Source: Candidatus Obscuribacterales bacterium (GTDB lineage: Bacteria; Cyanobacteriota; Vampirovibrionia; Obscuribacterales; Obscuribacteraceae). From it: a stretch of DNA of 64,000 nucleotides. The notes beneath the pieces are model-generated. The model searched no databases. It saw only the letters and a program-made list of their open reading frames with translations, and was not told the DNA's origin. Made by a program: the position numbers and the translations under genes. How positions within the stretch are numbered: the stretch's first letter is position 1; each line of letters begins with the position of its first letter. Where the stretch lies: assembly GCA_019745415.1 (NCBI GenBank), contig JAIETF010000009.1:64503-128502 (forward strand), read 5' to 3'. Shown piece by piece: positions 19,435-27,814 of the stretch.

Positions 19435-20590
19435 GATGAAACCTTTTCCTCAAGAGCTTGCCGACATCGTATTCTTCGGCTATGTTTGCCAATACATCAA
19501 TAATTCTTTGCGATGCGTTGCCGTCTCCATAGGGGCTGACTGTTTCCGAACAATCTAAAGACAGAGCCCTCGCTAGCCCCTGCCTGATTGCATCGATACC
19601 ACCGGCGGTATTGACCACAGATGAAGCGGAAAGTCTGTCTGCTTGCCTGTCGCCTATATTGAGAGTGGCGACCTTTAAAGCCGGCGCTTCATAAAGTCCT
19701 GACGAAGAGTTGCCAACCACACAGTTTGAATGACTCATCAAGCTGAGATACCTTGTTGACCCAAGGTTCTCAAAGAGATGCGCATTGCTATGGCTCGAGA
19801 CAAAAGCCTCCATCAGTTTGCGGGCCTCGGCACCACCGGGATCGTTGTTGGGAGCGGTAAAGACAATGGAATGTTCGTCGTCCAACTCCGAAAAGACCTG
19901 GAGCAAGTTGCCTAGAGAGGTAAGCCATTCACCGGACAGGGTTTCAGGGTGGAAAGTGGTAAGCAGTATCTTCTTTCTGAATCTGATAGATAAAGACTCT
20001 TCCAGCTGTGTACGGCTCAGATAACGCATCGACTTTATATAATCGATGCCTGGACTACCGACTAGATGCACTCTATCAGGCTCTTCCCCCATCTGCACAA
20101 GCAATTTGGCAGCGCGTTCATTGGTGGGAAAATGAAGATGTGAGAGTTTTGTAATAGCATGACGAAAAGAATCATCAAAAGCACCGAGCGTGAGGTCGCC
20201 GCCGGCAATGTGGGCTATAGGCAAAGACATAATCAAAGCAGTTTGGCAGGCTGCAAGCACCTCAAATCGATCACCCAAAACCATCAAAAGATCGGGCTTG
20301 AGAGCGCGATAAGCGTCGGCATAACCAAGAGAAGCGCGGGCAGCGGCTTGGGCGGCGGCATGCGCACTATCGTCACCTTCAGGTTGCAGAGCCTCCACCT
20401 TGTGGGCAACTGCAAAACCGTCCGCCTCTATCTTGTCTAAAGAATAGCCGTGTTGCTTGGAAAGATGCGCCCCAGCCGCTATAACTCTAAGTTCAAGAGC
20501 GGGGTGGGCTTCAATCGCTTTCATTGGATAGTAGAGCAAGCCATAGTCGGCACGGTTAGTGGTGAGAACCGCCACTTTCAACTTTTTCAT
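19427..20590 (-). CDS. neuC: UDP-N-acetylglucosamine 2-epimerase (hydrolysing), NeuC/LegG type
   Basis: MKKLKVAVLTTNRADYGLLYYPMKAI...HIAGGD...GNSSSG, typical of NeuC. Confidence 0.9.
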   Translation of the reverse strand: MKKLKVAVLTTNRADYGLLYYPMKAIEAHPALELRVIAAGAHLSKQHGYSLDKIEADGFAVAHKVEALQPEGDDSAHAAAQAAARASLGYADAYRALKPDLLMVLGDRFEVLAACQTALIMSLPIAHIAGGDLTLGAFDDSFRHAITKLSHLHFPTNERAAKLLVQMGEEPDRVHLVGSPGIDYIKSMRYLSRTQLEESLSIRFRKKILLTTFHPETLSGEWLTSLGNLLQVFSELDDEHSIVFTAPNNDPGGAEARKLMEAFVSSHSNAHLFENLGSTRYLSLMSHSNCVVGNSSSGLYEAPALKVATLNIGDRQADRLSASSVVNTAGGIDAIRQGLARALSLDCSETVSPYGDGNASQRIIDVLANIAEEYDVGKLLRKRFHHV

Positions 20591-20592
20591 AG

Positions 20593-21825
20593 TTAGAGCC
20601 CGGGGCCGCTTGGAATGCAGACTGTACGACTATTGAGACTCTCGCTGACGCTGAGAGGCATACTTGGGCAGCTTTCATACATAGGTAATTTATGCATGGG
20701 CTCCCAGAATGGACGGGTTTGAATGTCTTTCTCAGCCAATCTCTCAAAGATTGACTCAAGACAGGTTTGGTCGAATATTGCTTGCTCGCCCTGTAAGATT
20801 AGACAATTCAGCCAGTAGTTGCTTTTGGCGTATGAGGGTTCGACAAAGAGCTTACAATCGGCAAGATCGGCAAAGAGCCTTTGGTACTCAGCCACGAGCT
20901 GTCGCTTACGCTCTAAAAAGCGCTCGAGACTTTCCATCTGTGCCACACCTAAGGCTGCGTTGATATTAGGCATACGGTAGTTATAACCGACATCATCATG
21001 TATAAAGCGATAAGCATGAGGCTTCTTAGCTGTGGTGGTGAGATGCTTTGCTTTCTTCGCCAGCTCAGGGTCTCTAATCAAAAGTGCCCCGCCGCCGCCG
21101 GTGGTAACGGTCTTATTGCCGTTAAAGCTCAAGGCTGCGATACCACTGATAGTGCCGGTATGACGACCTTTGTAAAAAGACCCTAGTGACTCGGCGGCGT
21201 CTTCCACAAGGGGTAGTCCCCATTTTTCGGCTATCGCCAAAAGCTCATCTAGCTGCACCGGATGACCGAAGGCATGCATCGGCATAATGGCACCGATAGC
21301 CCGACCACTAAGCCGGTTGAAAACCTTGCCGTCGCGCTTCTCACCTATCTCATCAAGCCAATCGGCAAGCTTGACCGGGTCAAGACCGAGGGTGGTCTCG
21401 CTGACATCGCAAAGATGCGGTATGGCGCCGGCATGGCTGACGGCATTAGCAGTGGCGACGAAAGTCAGAGAAGGAATCAAGACCTCCTCGCCCCTTTCCA
21501 CACCGGCAAGCAACAGCGCCATATGCAGTGCCACTGTGCCATTTGTCACAGCGACTGCATAAGGGCTGCCGGTATACTCGGCAAGCATCTGTTCAAACTT
21601 ACCGACAAAGGCACCGGCAGAAGACACCCAGCGGGTCACCACACATTCGCGCACATACTTTTCTTCGTTGCCGTCAAAAACCGGACCGTGCAATTCGACC
21701 GGGCGGGGATGATCTTTAAAGAAATTCTCCAAACGCTCGACTATGCAATCGGCAATCTTGCTATCTTTAGACTCAGTCATGAGATGACCCTTGCTATTAC
21801 CTATATTATTCTTCAATTCGGACAT
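20593..21825 (-). CDS. DegT/DnrJ/EryC1-family PLP aminotransferase (LegC/PglE-like)
   Basis: Fold-type I sugar aminotransferase pattern. FNGNKTVTTGGGGALL carries the PLP lysine. 2-bp gap to neuC. Confidence 0.85.
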   Translation of the reverse strand: MSELKNNIGNSKGHLMTESKDSKIADCIVERLENFFKDHPRPVELHGPVFDGNEEKYVRECVVTRWVSSAGAFVGKFEQMLAEYTGSPYAVAVTNGTVALHMALLLAGVERGEEVLIPSLTFVATANAVSHAGAIPHLCDVSETTLGLDPVKLADWLDEIGEKRDGKVFNRLSGRAIGAIMPMHAFGHPVQLDELLAIAEKWGLPLVEDAAESLGSFYKGRHTGTISGIAALSFNGNKTVTTGGGGALLIRDPELAKKAKHLTTTAKKPHAYRFIHDDVGYNYRMPNINAALGVAQMESLERFLERKRQLVAEYQRLFADLADCKLFVEPSYAKSNYWLNCLILQGEQAIFDQTCLESIFERLAEKDIQTRPFWEPMHKLPMYESCPSMPLSVSESLNSRTVCIPSGPGL

Positions 21826-21853
21826 GCTCTTTTCCTATTTCGCGACTGCCGCG

Positions 21854-22855
21854 CTAAAGTCTATAACCGGCGCCATCATAGTGTGACAAGTTCTCGGGGC
21901 GCGAAAACCATTCGATGGTAGTCTTCAGTTCTCGCTTAAAATCGGCGACCGGATCGGCAGGCATTTTGCCGCCAATCAAGCTGAATAACTTTGAACTATC
22001 GCCGCACAAACGATAAACTTCGCTGTCTTCGGGGCGCAGGCGCTCGGGGTCGATTTTGAGCTTTACCGGCTTGCCTAGAATTTCACCGGCTAGTTTAGCT
22101 GTGTCTTCTATAGAAATCTCTAAACCAGTGCCGATATTTACGGTTTCACCGATAGTGGCATCGCAGTCGGCAATTTTAGTGAGCATTTCGGTGGTATAGC
22201 CAACATAGTTAAAATCGCGAGTGGCCTTGATATTACCTAAATCGAGATTGCCGTCACCTTTGAGCAATTGCACAATAATAGAGGGAATAACAGCACGCAG
22301 CGATTGTCTCGGGCCAAAGGTATTGAACGGTCTAGCCACAGTCACCGGTGTATGGAAAGCATAATAAAAAGAGAGCGCAATCTGATCAGCGCCGATTTTG
22401 GAAGCCGAATAGGGAGACTGTCCTTTCAAAGGATGCTTCTCATCGATAGGCACATATTGCGCCGTACCATACACTTCACTGGTAGACATTTGAATCACGC
22501 GCACATTGCCGTTTTCTCTAGCAGCATGCACCACATTTAGTGCACCACTGATATTGGTCTCTACGTATGAATTAGGCGCATGGTAAGAATAAGGAATAGC
22601 AATCAAAGCAGCCAGGTTATAGACAACCGCGACGTCTTTCATGCTCTCTTTGACATAAAACGAATCTCTGATATCGCCGTCGAAAAACTCAATCTCAGAG
22701 GCAATCTCTTGCGGCACCGTATCGAGCCATCCCCGGCGTCCAGCACTGTTATAGCGCACCAGAGCCTTGACCGAATGACCGTCGCGAACTAGCCTCTCCG
22801 CCAGATGCGAGCCGATAAAGCCGGCCGCCCCGGTAACAAGGACTTTCTTTGACAT
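21854..22855 (-). CDS. NAD-dependent sugar-nucleotide 4,6-dehydratase / epimerase (SDR, LegB-like)
   Basis: VLVTGAAGFIGSHL Rossmann motif and catalytic YSASKIGAD. ATG at 22855 is preceded by AAGGAG. Confidence 0.8.
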   Translation of the reverse strand: MSKKVLVTGAAGFIGSHLAERLVRDGHSVKALVRYNSAGRRGWLDTVPQEIASEIEFFDGDIRDSFYVKESMKDVAVVYNLAALIAIPYSYHAPNSYVETNISGALNVVHAARENGNVRVIQMSTSEVYGTAQYVPIDEKHPLKGQSPYSASKIGADQIALSFYYAFHTPVTVARPFNTFGPRQSLRAVIPSIIVQLLKGDGNLDLGNIKATRDFNYVGYTTEMLTKIADCDATIGETVNIGTGLEISIEDTAKLAGEILGKPVKLKIDPERLRPEDSEVYRLCGDSSKLFSLIGGKMPADPVADFKRELKTTIEWFSRPENLSHYDGAGYRL

Positions 22856-22950
22856 CCTCTGTCTCCTTAGCAAGCATGCAGATCATACAAGAGAACCAAC
22901 AGGAACTGAAGCTCAGGGTAAAATCTAGTGACGATTTAGAGAGTGGTTCA

Positions 22951-23550
22951 ATGAAGATATACATTGCCGGTGCCGGTGGTCATGCAAAAGTAGTAACAGC
23001 CGCCGCCCACAGCCAGGGTCTAGAAATAGAAGCCTATCTAGACGATGCCAAAGCCGGAACAACCCTGATGGGCCGCCCGGTAATAAAGGAAGAAGCAGAC
23101 TTAAACCAGGAGCTTCCCTTTGTTGTCGCCATAGGCAACAACCAGGTGCGAAAAGCATGCTTTGTCAGGCTGATAGAACGAGGGCTAAAGCCTATTCTCA
23201 TAAACCATGGTCGAGCCATTATCGACGGCGCCGAATGCGAGGCAGGCAGCCAAATAATTGCCGGAGCCATTTTGAATCAAGATGCTCGCATCGGGCGCAA
23301 TTGCATCATCAACAGCGGCGCCATTGTGGAACATGACTGCCAAGTCGAAGACCATTGCCATGTGGCACCCGGGGCAGTGATGGGCGGGGGCAGCAGCCTG
23401 GGCGAGGGCAGCCTGCTTGGCTTAGGGGCTGTGCTTTTGCCAGGCGTCAAAGTGGGAAAGAATGTAACTATAGGCGCCGGATCAGTGGTTATCAAGGATA
23501 TAGAAAGCGGCGCCAGGGTTGCTGGAGCACCGGCTCGAAATCTTACATAA
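22951..23550 (+). CDS. NeuD/PglD-family left-handed beta-helix N-acetyltransferase
   Basis: MKIYIAGAGGHAKVV N-terminal Rossmann-like domain followed by hexapeptide repeats. Divergent from the dehydratase gene. Confidence 0.8.
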   Translation: MKIYIAGAGGHAKVVTAAAHSQGLEIEAYLDDAKAGTTLMGRPVIKEEADLNQELPFVVAIGNNQVRKACFVRLIERGLKPILINHGRAIIDGAECEAGSQIIAGAILNQDARIGRNCIINSGAIVEHDCQVEDHCHVAPGAVMGGGSSLGEGSLLGLGAVLLPGVKVGKNVTIGAGSVVIKDIESGARVAGAPARNLT

Positions 23551-23663
23551 CTCTTAAATCGCAGTCTTTTCAAGTGATCCTTTAACCAGCCTTAACCCAC
23601 GCAAAGGCAGAATCGGAGTGTTGTCAAGCGTCGTTTTCTTAAATGCAAAAGCGGTAATAAACA

Positions 23664-24644
23664 ATGCAAATAAATCAATCCAGGCTCAAGACTTTCTGCT
23701 TAGCCTTTATTGCACCGGTTTATCTTTTGGGGCTATTGGTTTGTTTCTGCGCTATGGCTGAGAGTGCAGCAGCAGATGAAGTAAGAGATTTCAACGTCAT
23801 CGCCACTCTCGACAAAGAGGGAAAACTGGCAGTGGAAGAGACGATCAGAGTCTATTTCAACGAACCGGACAAACACGGACTACTAAGAAAGATTCCATTA
23901 GATTTTGCATCTAACGCTGCCGACTTAAGCATTCAAGCTGTGCAATGTCCACCTGGCGTAGACACTGAGTTTCAAAAAAGCGAGCTGAATAAGTCATACC
24001 AAATCAAAATAGGCAATAAATACAAAAAAGTCAGCGGCAACAAAGTTTATTTCATCAAGTACACCCTGTCTAATATTTTCGACAAAACAGGCAAGACCAA
24101 TTGGTCGCCCAACGGCAAGAATTGGCTAATGCCAATTGATCATATGAGCGTAAAAATCAAAAGTGAAGGAAACTCATTACCTACTGTCGCTTCGCTTTCT
24201 AGCAACAATTGGCAGCCTAAGACAGCATCGCAAAAGCAAAAGGGCAGTGTCACTTTTGAAACCGGACGCCTTGAGCCGGGGCAAGCCCTGCGACTGAGCC
24301 TCACTGGCATTCCGCTTAAGGACGGCTACAAAAAATCGCCGACTGTCACTAGCAGCAGCAGCGACACTATCTGGGGCGTAGTTTTCATTTTGATTGTCAC
24401 ACTTTTCTTGTGTGCAGCGCTGAGAAACATGACTCGCCCCAGAACCTACGGCGGCGGCTATAGCAATAACAATTCATATTCAAACTACAATTCGTACTCA
24501 AACTACAATTCTTATTCAGACTATGACTCGTCAGATTGGTCTAGTTCGTCAGGCTCATCAGGCTGGTCAAGTTCAGATTCGTCCAGTTCTTCAGATTCTT
24601 CCAGCTCAGACAGCGGCTCAAGCGGTGGCGGCGACAGTTGGTAA
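23664..24644 (+). CDS. DUF2207-like secreted/membrane protein with Ser/Tyr/Asn-rich tail
   Basis: Signal peptide. FNVIATLDKEGKLAVEETIRVYFNEPDKHGLLRKIP matches the DUF2207 N-terminal pattern. One TM helix near the C-terminus, then the tail YSNYNSYSNYNSYSDYDSS...SGGGDSW. Confidence 0.6.
   Translation: MQINQSRLKTFCLAFIAPVYLLGLLVCFCAMAESAAADEVRDFNVIATLDKEGKLAVEETIRVYFNEPDKHGLLRKIPLDFASNAADLSIQAVQCPPGVDTEFQKSELNKSYQIKIGNKYKKVSGNKVYFIKYTLSNIFDKTGKTNWSPNGKNWLMPIDHMSVKIKSEGNSLPTVASLSSNNWQPKTASQKQKGSVTFETGRLEPGQALRLSLTGIPLKDGYKKSPTVTSSSSDTIWGVVFILIVTLFLCAALRNMTRPRTYGGGYSNNNSYSNYNSYSNYNSYSDYDSSDWSSSSGSSGWSSSDSSSSSDSSSSDSGSSGGGDSW
24471..24524 (+). repeat. 3 x 18-bp in-frame tandem repeat (NSYSNY units)
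   Basis: aattcatattcaaactac / aattcgtactcaaactac / aattcttattcagactat. Confidence 0.75.
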
Positions 24645-24706
24645 GAGATTTAGAATTGTTTTTTGAGGTTGCAAGCTTCACCTAAATAATTAAATGATAC
24701 TGCGAC

Positions 24707-25846
24707 TCACCGAACTACTTGCCTAACTTTAATGAATAAAAGACTTAGCCAAAGAGGATTCGACTTGATAAACAAAACGGTTGCCCAAAAGTAATCACAG
24801 GCTGCGTTAGCATACGTCTTGCACTTCACATTGATCGATGCACGGTGCAGGTATGCCTCCCTAATCTCACCATTAATGCTGATTACAGCGCTGAGGTCAT
24901 CGATGGCACGCTGGTAGTTGCCCTGTCTTTCATGAATAAGAGCCCTATTGAATCGACTAGCCCAATTTTGCGGGAGCACAGCAATCTCTTTCTCCAAATC
25001 ATTGGCTGATTGCCTCCAATAGGCTAACTGTTGGTGCATTGAAGTAAAGTCGAAATAGCGAATTGACTCGGTAGGTTTAATCAATTCTGCATTGAGCATA
25101 TCTTCGATTCCCTGCTGCGGATTGCCCATACACCAAAGTAACCAAGCTCGATTGATAAAAACTGATCTTTCTTTCGGAATAAGTTTTACAGCATTATCGA
25201 TATCTGCCATAGCCTTTTGATACTCTTTCAGGTTGACATATACCTGCGCCCGATCGAGGTAAACATAGGCGTCCTTGGGATTTAGACACAAGGCGGTGTT
25301 TAAGTCAGTAATCTCGTTCTGATAGTCACAACGTTTTTCGTACAGCCAGGCTCGCTCGACATAGGCATAGGCGTCTTTTCGATTAAGCTGAATGACGCCG
25401 TTCAGATCATTCAATGCACCGTCGTAGTCATGGAGCCAGTTGCACTTTAACCAAGAGCGCAGAAAATACAGTTCCGGGTCGGAGCTAGGCTCTAGCCTGA
25501 TCGCAGTATTCAAATCATCTAGGGACCTTTGAAATTGTCCAAAATCATAATATTGCAAAGCTCGGTATTTGTAAGCTCTTGTGTAGGTTGGTCGCAATCG
25601 CAAAGCCTCATCCAAATCTTCAAGCCCACGCTGATACTGGGGTAAGTGGCTCTTAGCCCAGCCTCGCATGCAGTAAGCATAAGCATCGCTTGGATTGGCC
25701 TTTATCGCCAAGTCGGACCTTTCAACAATTTCCTGAAACTGGACTGTCTGCGCAAGACCATCTAAGGCTTCGCGCGCCACAACGACTGGCACTGCAATTA
25801 ATATCACAGCATAGAATGCGAAAAACAGTGTGCGAAATCTTCTCAT
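24707..25846 (-). CDS. TPR repeat protein with N-terminal signal/anchor
   Basis: Hydrophobic N-terminus, then at least eight TPR-like units (AYxxRG/Axx...Y..A..D...AI.L.P). Confidence 0.8.
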   Translation of the reverse strand: MRRFRTLFFAFYAVILIAVPVVVAREALDGLAQTVQFQEIVERSDLAIKANPSDAYAYCMRGWAKSHLPQYQRGLEDLDEALRLRPTYTRAYKYRALQYYDFGQFQRSLDDLNTAIRLEPSSDPELYFLRSWLKCNWLHDYDGALNDLNGVIQLNRKDAYAYVERAWLYEKRCDYQNEITDLNTALCLNPKDAYVYLDRAQVYVNLKEYQKAMADIDNAVKLIPKERSVFINRAWLLWCMGNPQQGIEDMLNAELIKPTESIRYFDFTSMHQQLAYWRQSANDLEKEIAVLPQNWASRFNRALIHERQGNYQRAIDDLSAVISINGEIREAYLHRASINVKCKTYANAACDYFWATVLFIKSNPLWLSLLFIKVRQVVR

Positions 25847-25913
25847 GGAACCAAATTGAATTTTAAAAATTGCTGCCTCTATTCACCTTACCAAAACACT
25901 CGCCGCCAGTGTT

Positions 25914-25959
25914 CCACTGTTAGTAAATGCCCATCCCGTTGGCATTTACCAAACAGTGG
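25914..25959 (-). terminator. Imperfect hairpin downstream of 25977-26591 (weak terminator candidate)
   Basis: ccactgttagtaaatgcc / ggcatttaccaaacagtgg pair over 8+9 bp around a small internal loop, with a 9-nt apical loop. No clear U-tract on the minus strand. Confidence 0.3.
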
Positions 25960-25976
25960 TCCATAACTAATGATGG

Positions 25977-26591
25977 CTACTTATTCTGTTGGATATCCGA
26001 TTCGATGAGGATTTGCCCTACTTCTAAATCATACTTGGCTTTGCTCCCGACAGCGTTCTTCTGAGTCACGAAAGCGAAGCCGAAGTTTTTCGGTTCGAAG
26101 TTGCGTTCTTCTATAGAATCCTTCGTAATGATTTGGCCCTTTGGAATTCTCTTAATTACGTACACCGCAGTCTTGATGGTAGATATCTTGATTCCGTCCA
26201 CGGGAAAATAGAAGAAACTGATATCTCTCGTGGTGTGGGAAGGAACCTTGCGGCACAGCGTGCCGGTCGCGGTCACAAAACAGTGATCGTACTTCGCTTC
26301 AAGCGCCCTTACCTGGGTCGCTAGCTTTTGCGAGTCTTCTGGAGGTAAAGACCTCCAAGTGCGACCCTTCTGGCTCGCTATGACGATTCCAGTTCGGCGA
26401 TCTTCTAGCCAAATCATCAGACCTGGCTTGCCACGAGCAATCCACCCGTTTACAGTTACTTGCCGGCCAACCTGCTTCTGGAATTGCGTTGTGTCGTCGA
26501 TGTTGACCTCAACATCGGTTTCATGTGCGAGTGAAATCGGACTCAGTAGGAAAGTCAGGGCTATTGCTAGAAGAAACAGGCTTGTACGCAT
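25977..26591 (-). CDS. Secreted protein with C-terminal SAF-like domain (FlgA/CpaB-type fold)
   Basis: Signal peptide MRTSLFLLAIALTFLLSPISLAHE. The C-terminus VYVIKRIPKGQIITKDSIEE...AVGSKAKYDLEVGQILIESDI fits the SAF pattern. GGAG lies upstream of the ATG. Confidence 0.5.
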   Translation of the reverse strand: MRTSLFLLAIALTFLLSPISLAHETDVEVNIDDTTQFQKQVGRQVTVNGWIARGKPGLMIWLEDRRTGIVIASQKGRTWRSLPPEDSQKLATQVRALEAKYDHCFVTATGTLCRKVPSHTTRDISFFYFPVDGIKISTIKTAVYVIKRIPKGQIITKDSIEERNFEPKNFGFAFVTQKNAVGSKAKYDLEVGQILIESDIQQNK

Positions 26592-26640
26592 TCACTTAAT
26601 CTCCAAACAGTCGTTGGTTCTATATTTAGCAATTGCGCGG

Positions 26641-27168
26641 TTACTTGCCCTTCTTTTTCAGGCATGTTGCGCAGCACATCGTACCATTCATCGAGGGAGA
26701 TATAGCGGCGCCAGGTATGTTCGGAGATGAATAGCCGCATCCTCCGGACGTGTTCATTCCAATGAACGTGTTTGTCTCAGGGAAGTAGACACTGTAGTTG
26801 AAGAGTCCGCCACTATTATCCCAAGGCCCCGCTGGATCAGAAACGGGACTTCCTGATGGCCCGCGCGAGCCTTGATCCACATAGCCTTGCTTACACCAGA
26901 TAACTTTCTTGGTTCCGGATGGACATTTGTAGGCACATGCCTTCTTCTTCGCTGGTCCAACATCTGAGAGGTTTCCTGGCGATCAGCCCCACCAACAATG
27001 GGTACTGCCAGAAGGCAATCCAGAATGGGGAGATTCTGGCAAACTTCCAGGGTTGATGCCAAGATAAAAGCCAGCAACTGCCACGCAGCCCGCTCCGAAG
27101 ACATTCTTTCTATGAGGAGCACCAGTCACATTCTCAAACATTATTGGCACAGAGGGGTTTCCTGCCAT
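26641..27168 (-). other. One reading frame open for 175 codons but interrupted by a single TGA (26983-26985); Cys-rich product. Pseudogene, recoding site or two small genes.
   Basis: ORFs 26983-27168 and 26641-26880 are in the same frame (27168 and 26880 are both 0 mod 3). The 32 codons between the TGA and the GTG at 26880 contain no stop: ...THCWWG-TGA-SPGNLSDVGPAKKKACAYKCPSGTKKVIWCKQGY... Confidence 0.35.
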
Positions 27169-27203
27169 CTAAGATATGCTGTCGGAAACATTCTCGCGGT
27201 TCT

Positions 27204-27554
27204 CTACGAATAGAGATGCTTAATACATTCCACCAAAGATGGTCTGGATACGGAAAGTTGCACCACGGTGTCAATGAAACAAAGAGTACTCACCATACAA
27301 ATCGGAATAGCCGCGATAAACATCAGCCCGACAAAAACTCGACCTTCAATAGGAGACACTTGTTTAAGGCTGTGCAAAACAAAGCTTTCAAGTGGGGGGA
27401 TCATAGCTCCCACCATCACAAAGATCAAAACCATAACTACTGAAACGATTAAGCTTGAAGGAAAGCCGGTTGGTTTTATCAGGGAGAACGCTGACACCAA
27501 GGACGCTGCTAGAAGTAGAAAGAGGCAAATCTTCATTGCTTTATAGACAAACAT
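27204..27554 (-). CDS. Hypothetical small membrane protein (about 3 TM)
   Basis: 116-aa ORF. ATG preceded by GGAG at about 9 nt. Hydrophobic helices. Confidence 0.5.
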   Translation of the reverse strand: MFVYKAMKICLFLLLAASLVSAFSLIKPTGFPSSLIVSVVMVLIFVMVGAMIPPLESFVLHSLKQVSPIEGRVFVGLMFIAAIPICMVSTLCFIDTVVQLSVSRPSLVECIKHLYS

Positions 27555-27659
27555 TCTTTCACTCCAATAACAGTTGTCTCAATCAATAGCAAATCAGAGT
27601 TACTAAGTCCATAGTAAAAGTACGGTAGTCAGTACCTAAGGCGACTTAGCTGGGACAAG

Positions 27660-27684
27660 TGTAAGTTTCAGAATTATTTGGCAC
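27660..27684. repeat. 25-bp direct repeat, copy A
   Basis: tgtaagtttcagaattatttggcac. 23/25 identical to copy B, which lies 688 bp away. Confidence 0.65.
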
Positions 27685-27814
27685 ACTTAACCACCCCAAA
27701 AATCTTTTGGAGAGACACTCCTCTGGCGCCGGTACTGGCGCCACTACCTACAGTGGCTGCAATAAGGTGAGTCGTTCAATTCAACTCTGAATACAGAGTG
27801 AAATCAGATCGGTG

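Noticed and set aside
21262-21921. 219-aa plus-strand ORF, with nested ORFs at 21287-21562 and 21528-21719
   Set aside because: Antisense to the DegT-type aminotransferase gene, whose PLP-enzyme motifs are clear. No recognisable motif.
26641-26760. RiPP/lanthipeptide-like precursor idea for the Ser/Thr/Cys-rich C-terminus after a Gly-Gly (…SGGCGYSS…MCCATCLKKKGK)
   Set aside because: There is no dehydratase, cyclase, radical-SAM or YcaO gene, and no C39-peptidase ABC transporter, within the neighbourhood. Composition alone is insufficient.
26930-26985. Selenocysteine insertion (SECIS) hairpin downstream of the in-frame TGA
   Set aside because: I tried to pair the 50 nt after the TGA (UCGCCAGGAAACCUCUCAGAUGUUGGACCAGCG...) by eye and found no stem longer than 3-4 bp. 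Sec is therefore not supported by structure, though only a proper SECIS search can exclude it.
26754-27122. 122-aa minus-strand ORF in a different frame from the TGA-interrupted reading frame
   Set aside because: It overlaps both halves of that frame and I see no motif or ribosome-binding site. It is kept only as an alternative; I cannot decide the coding frame here without codon statistics.
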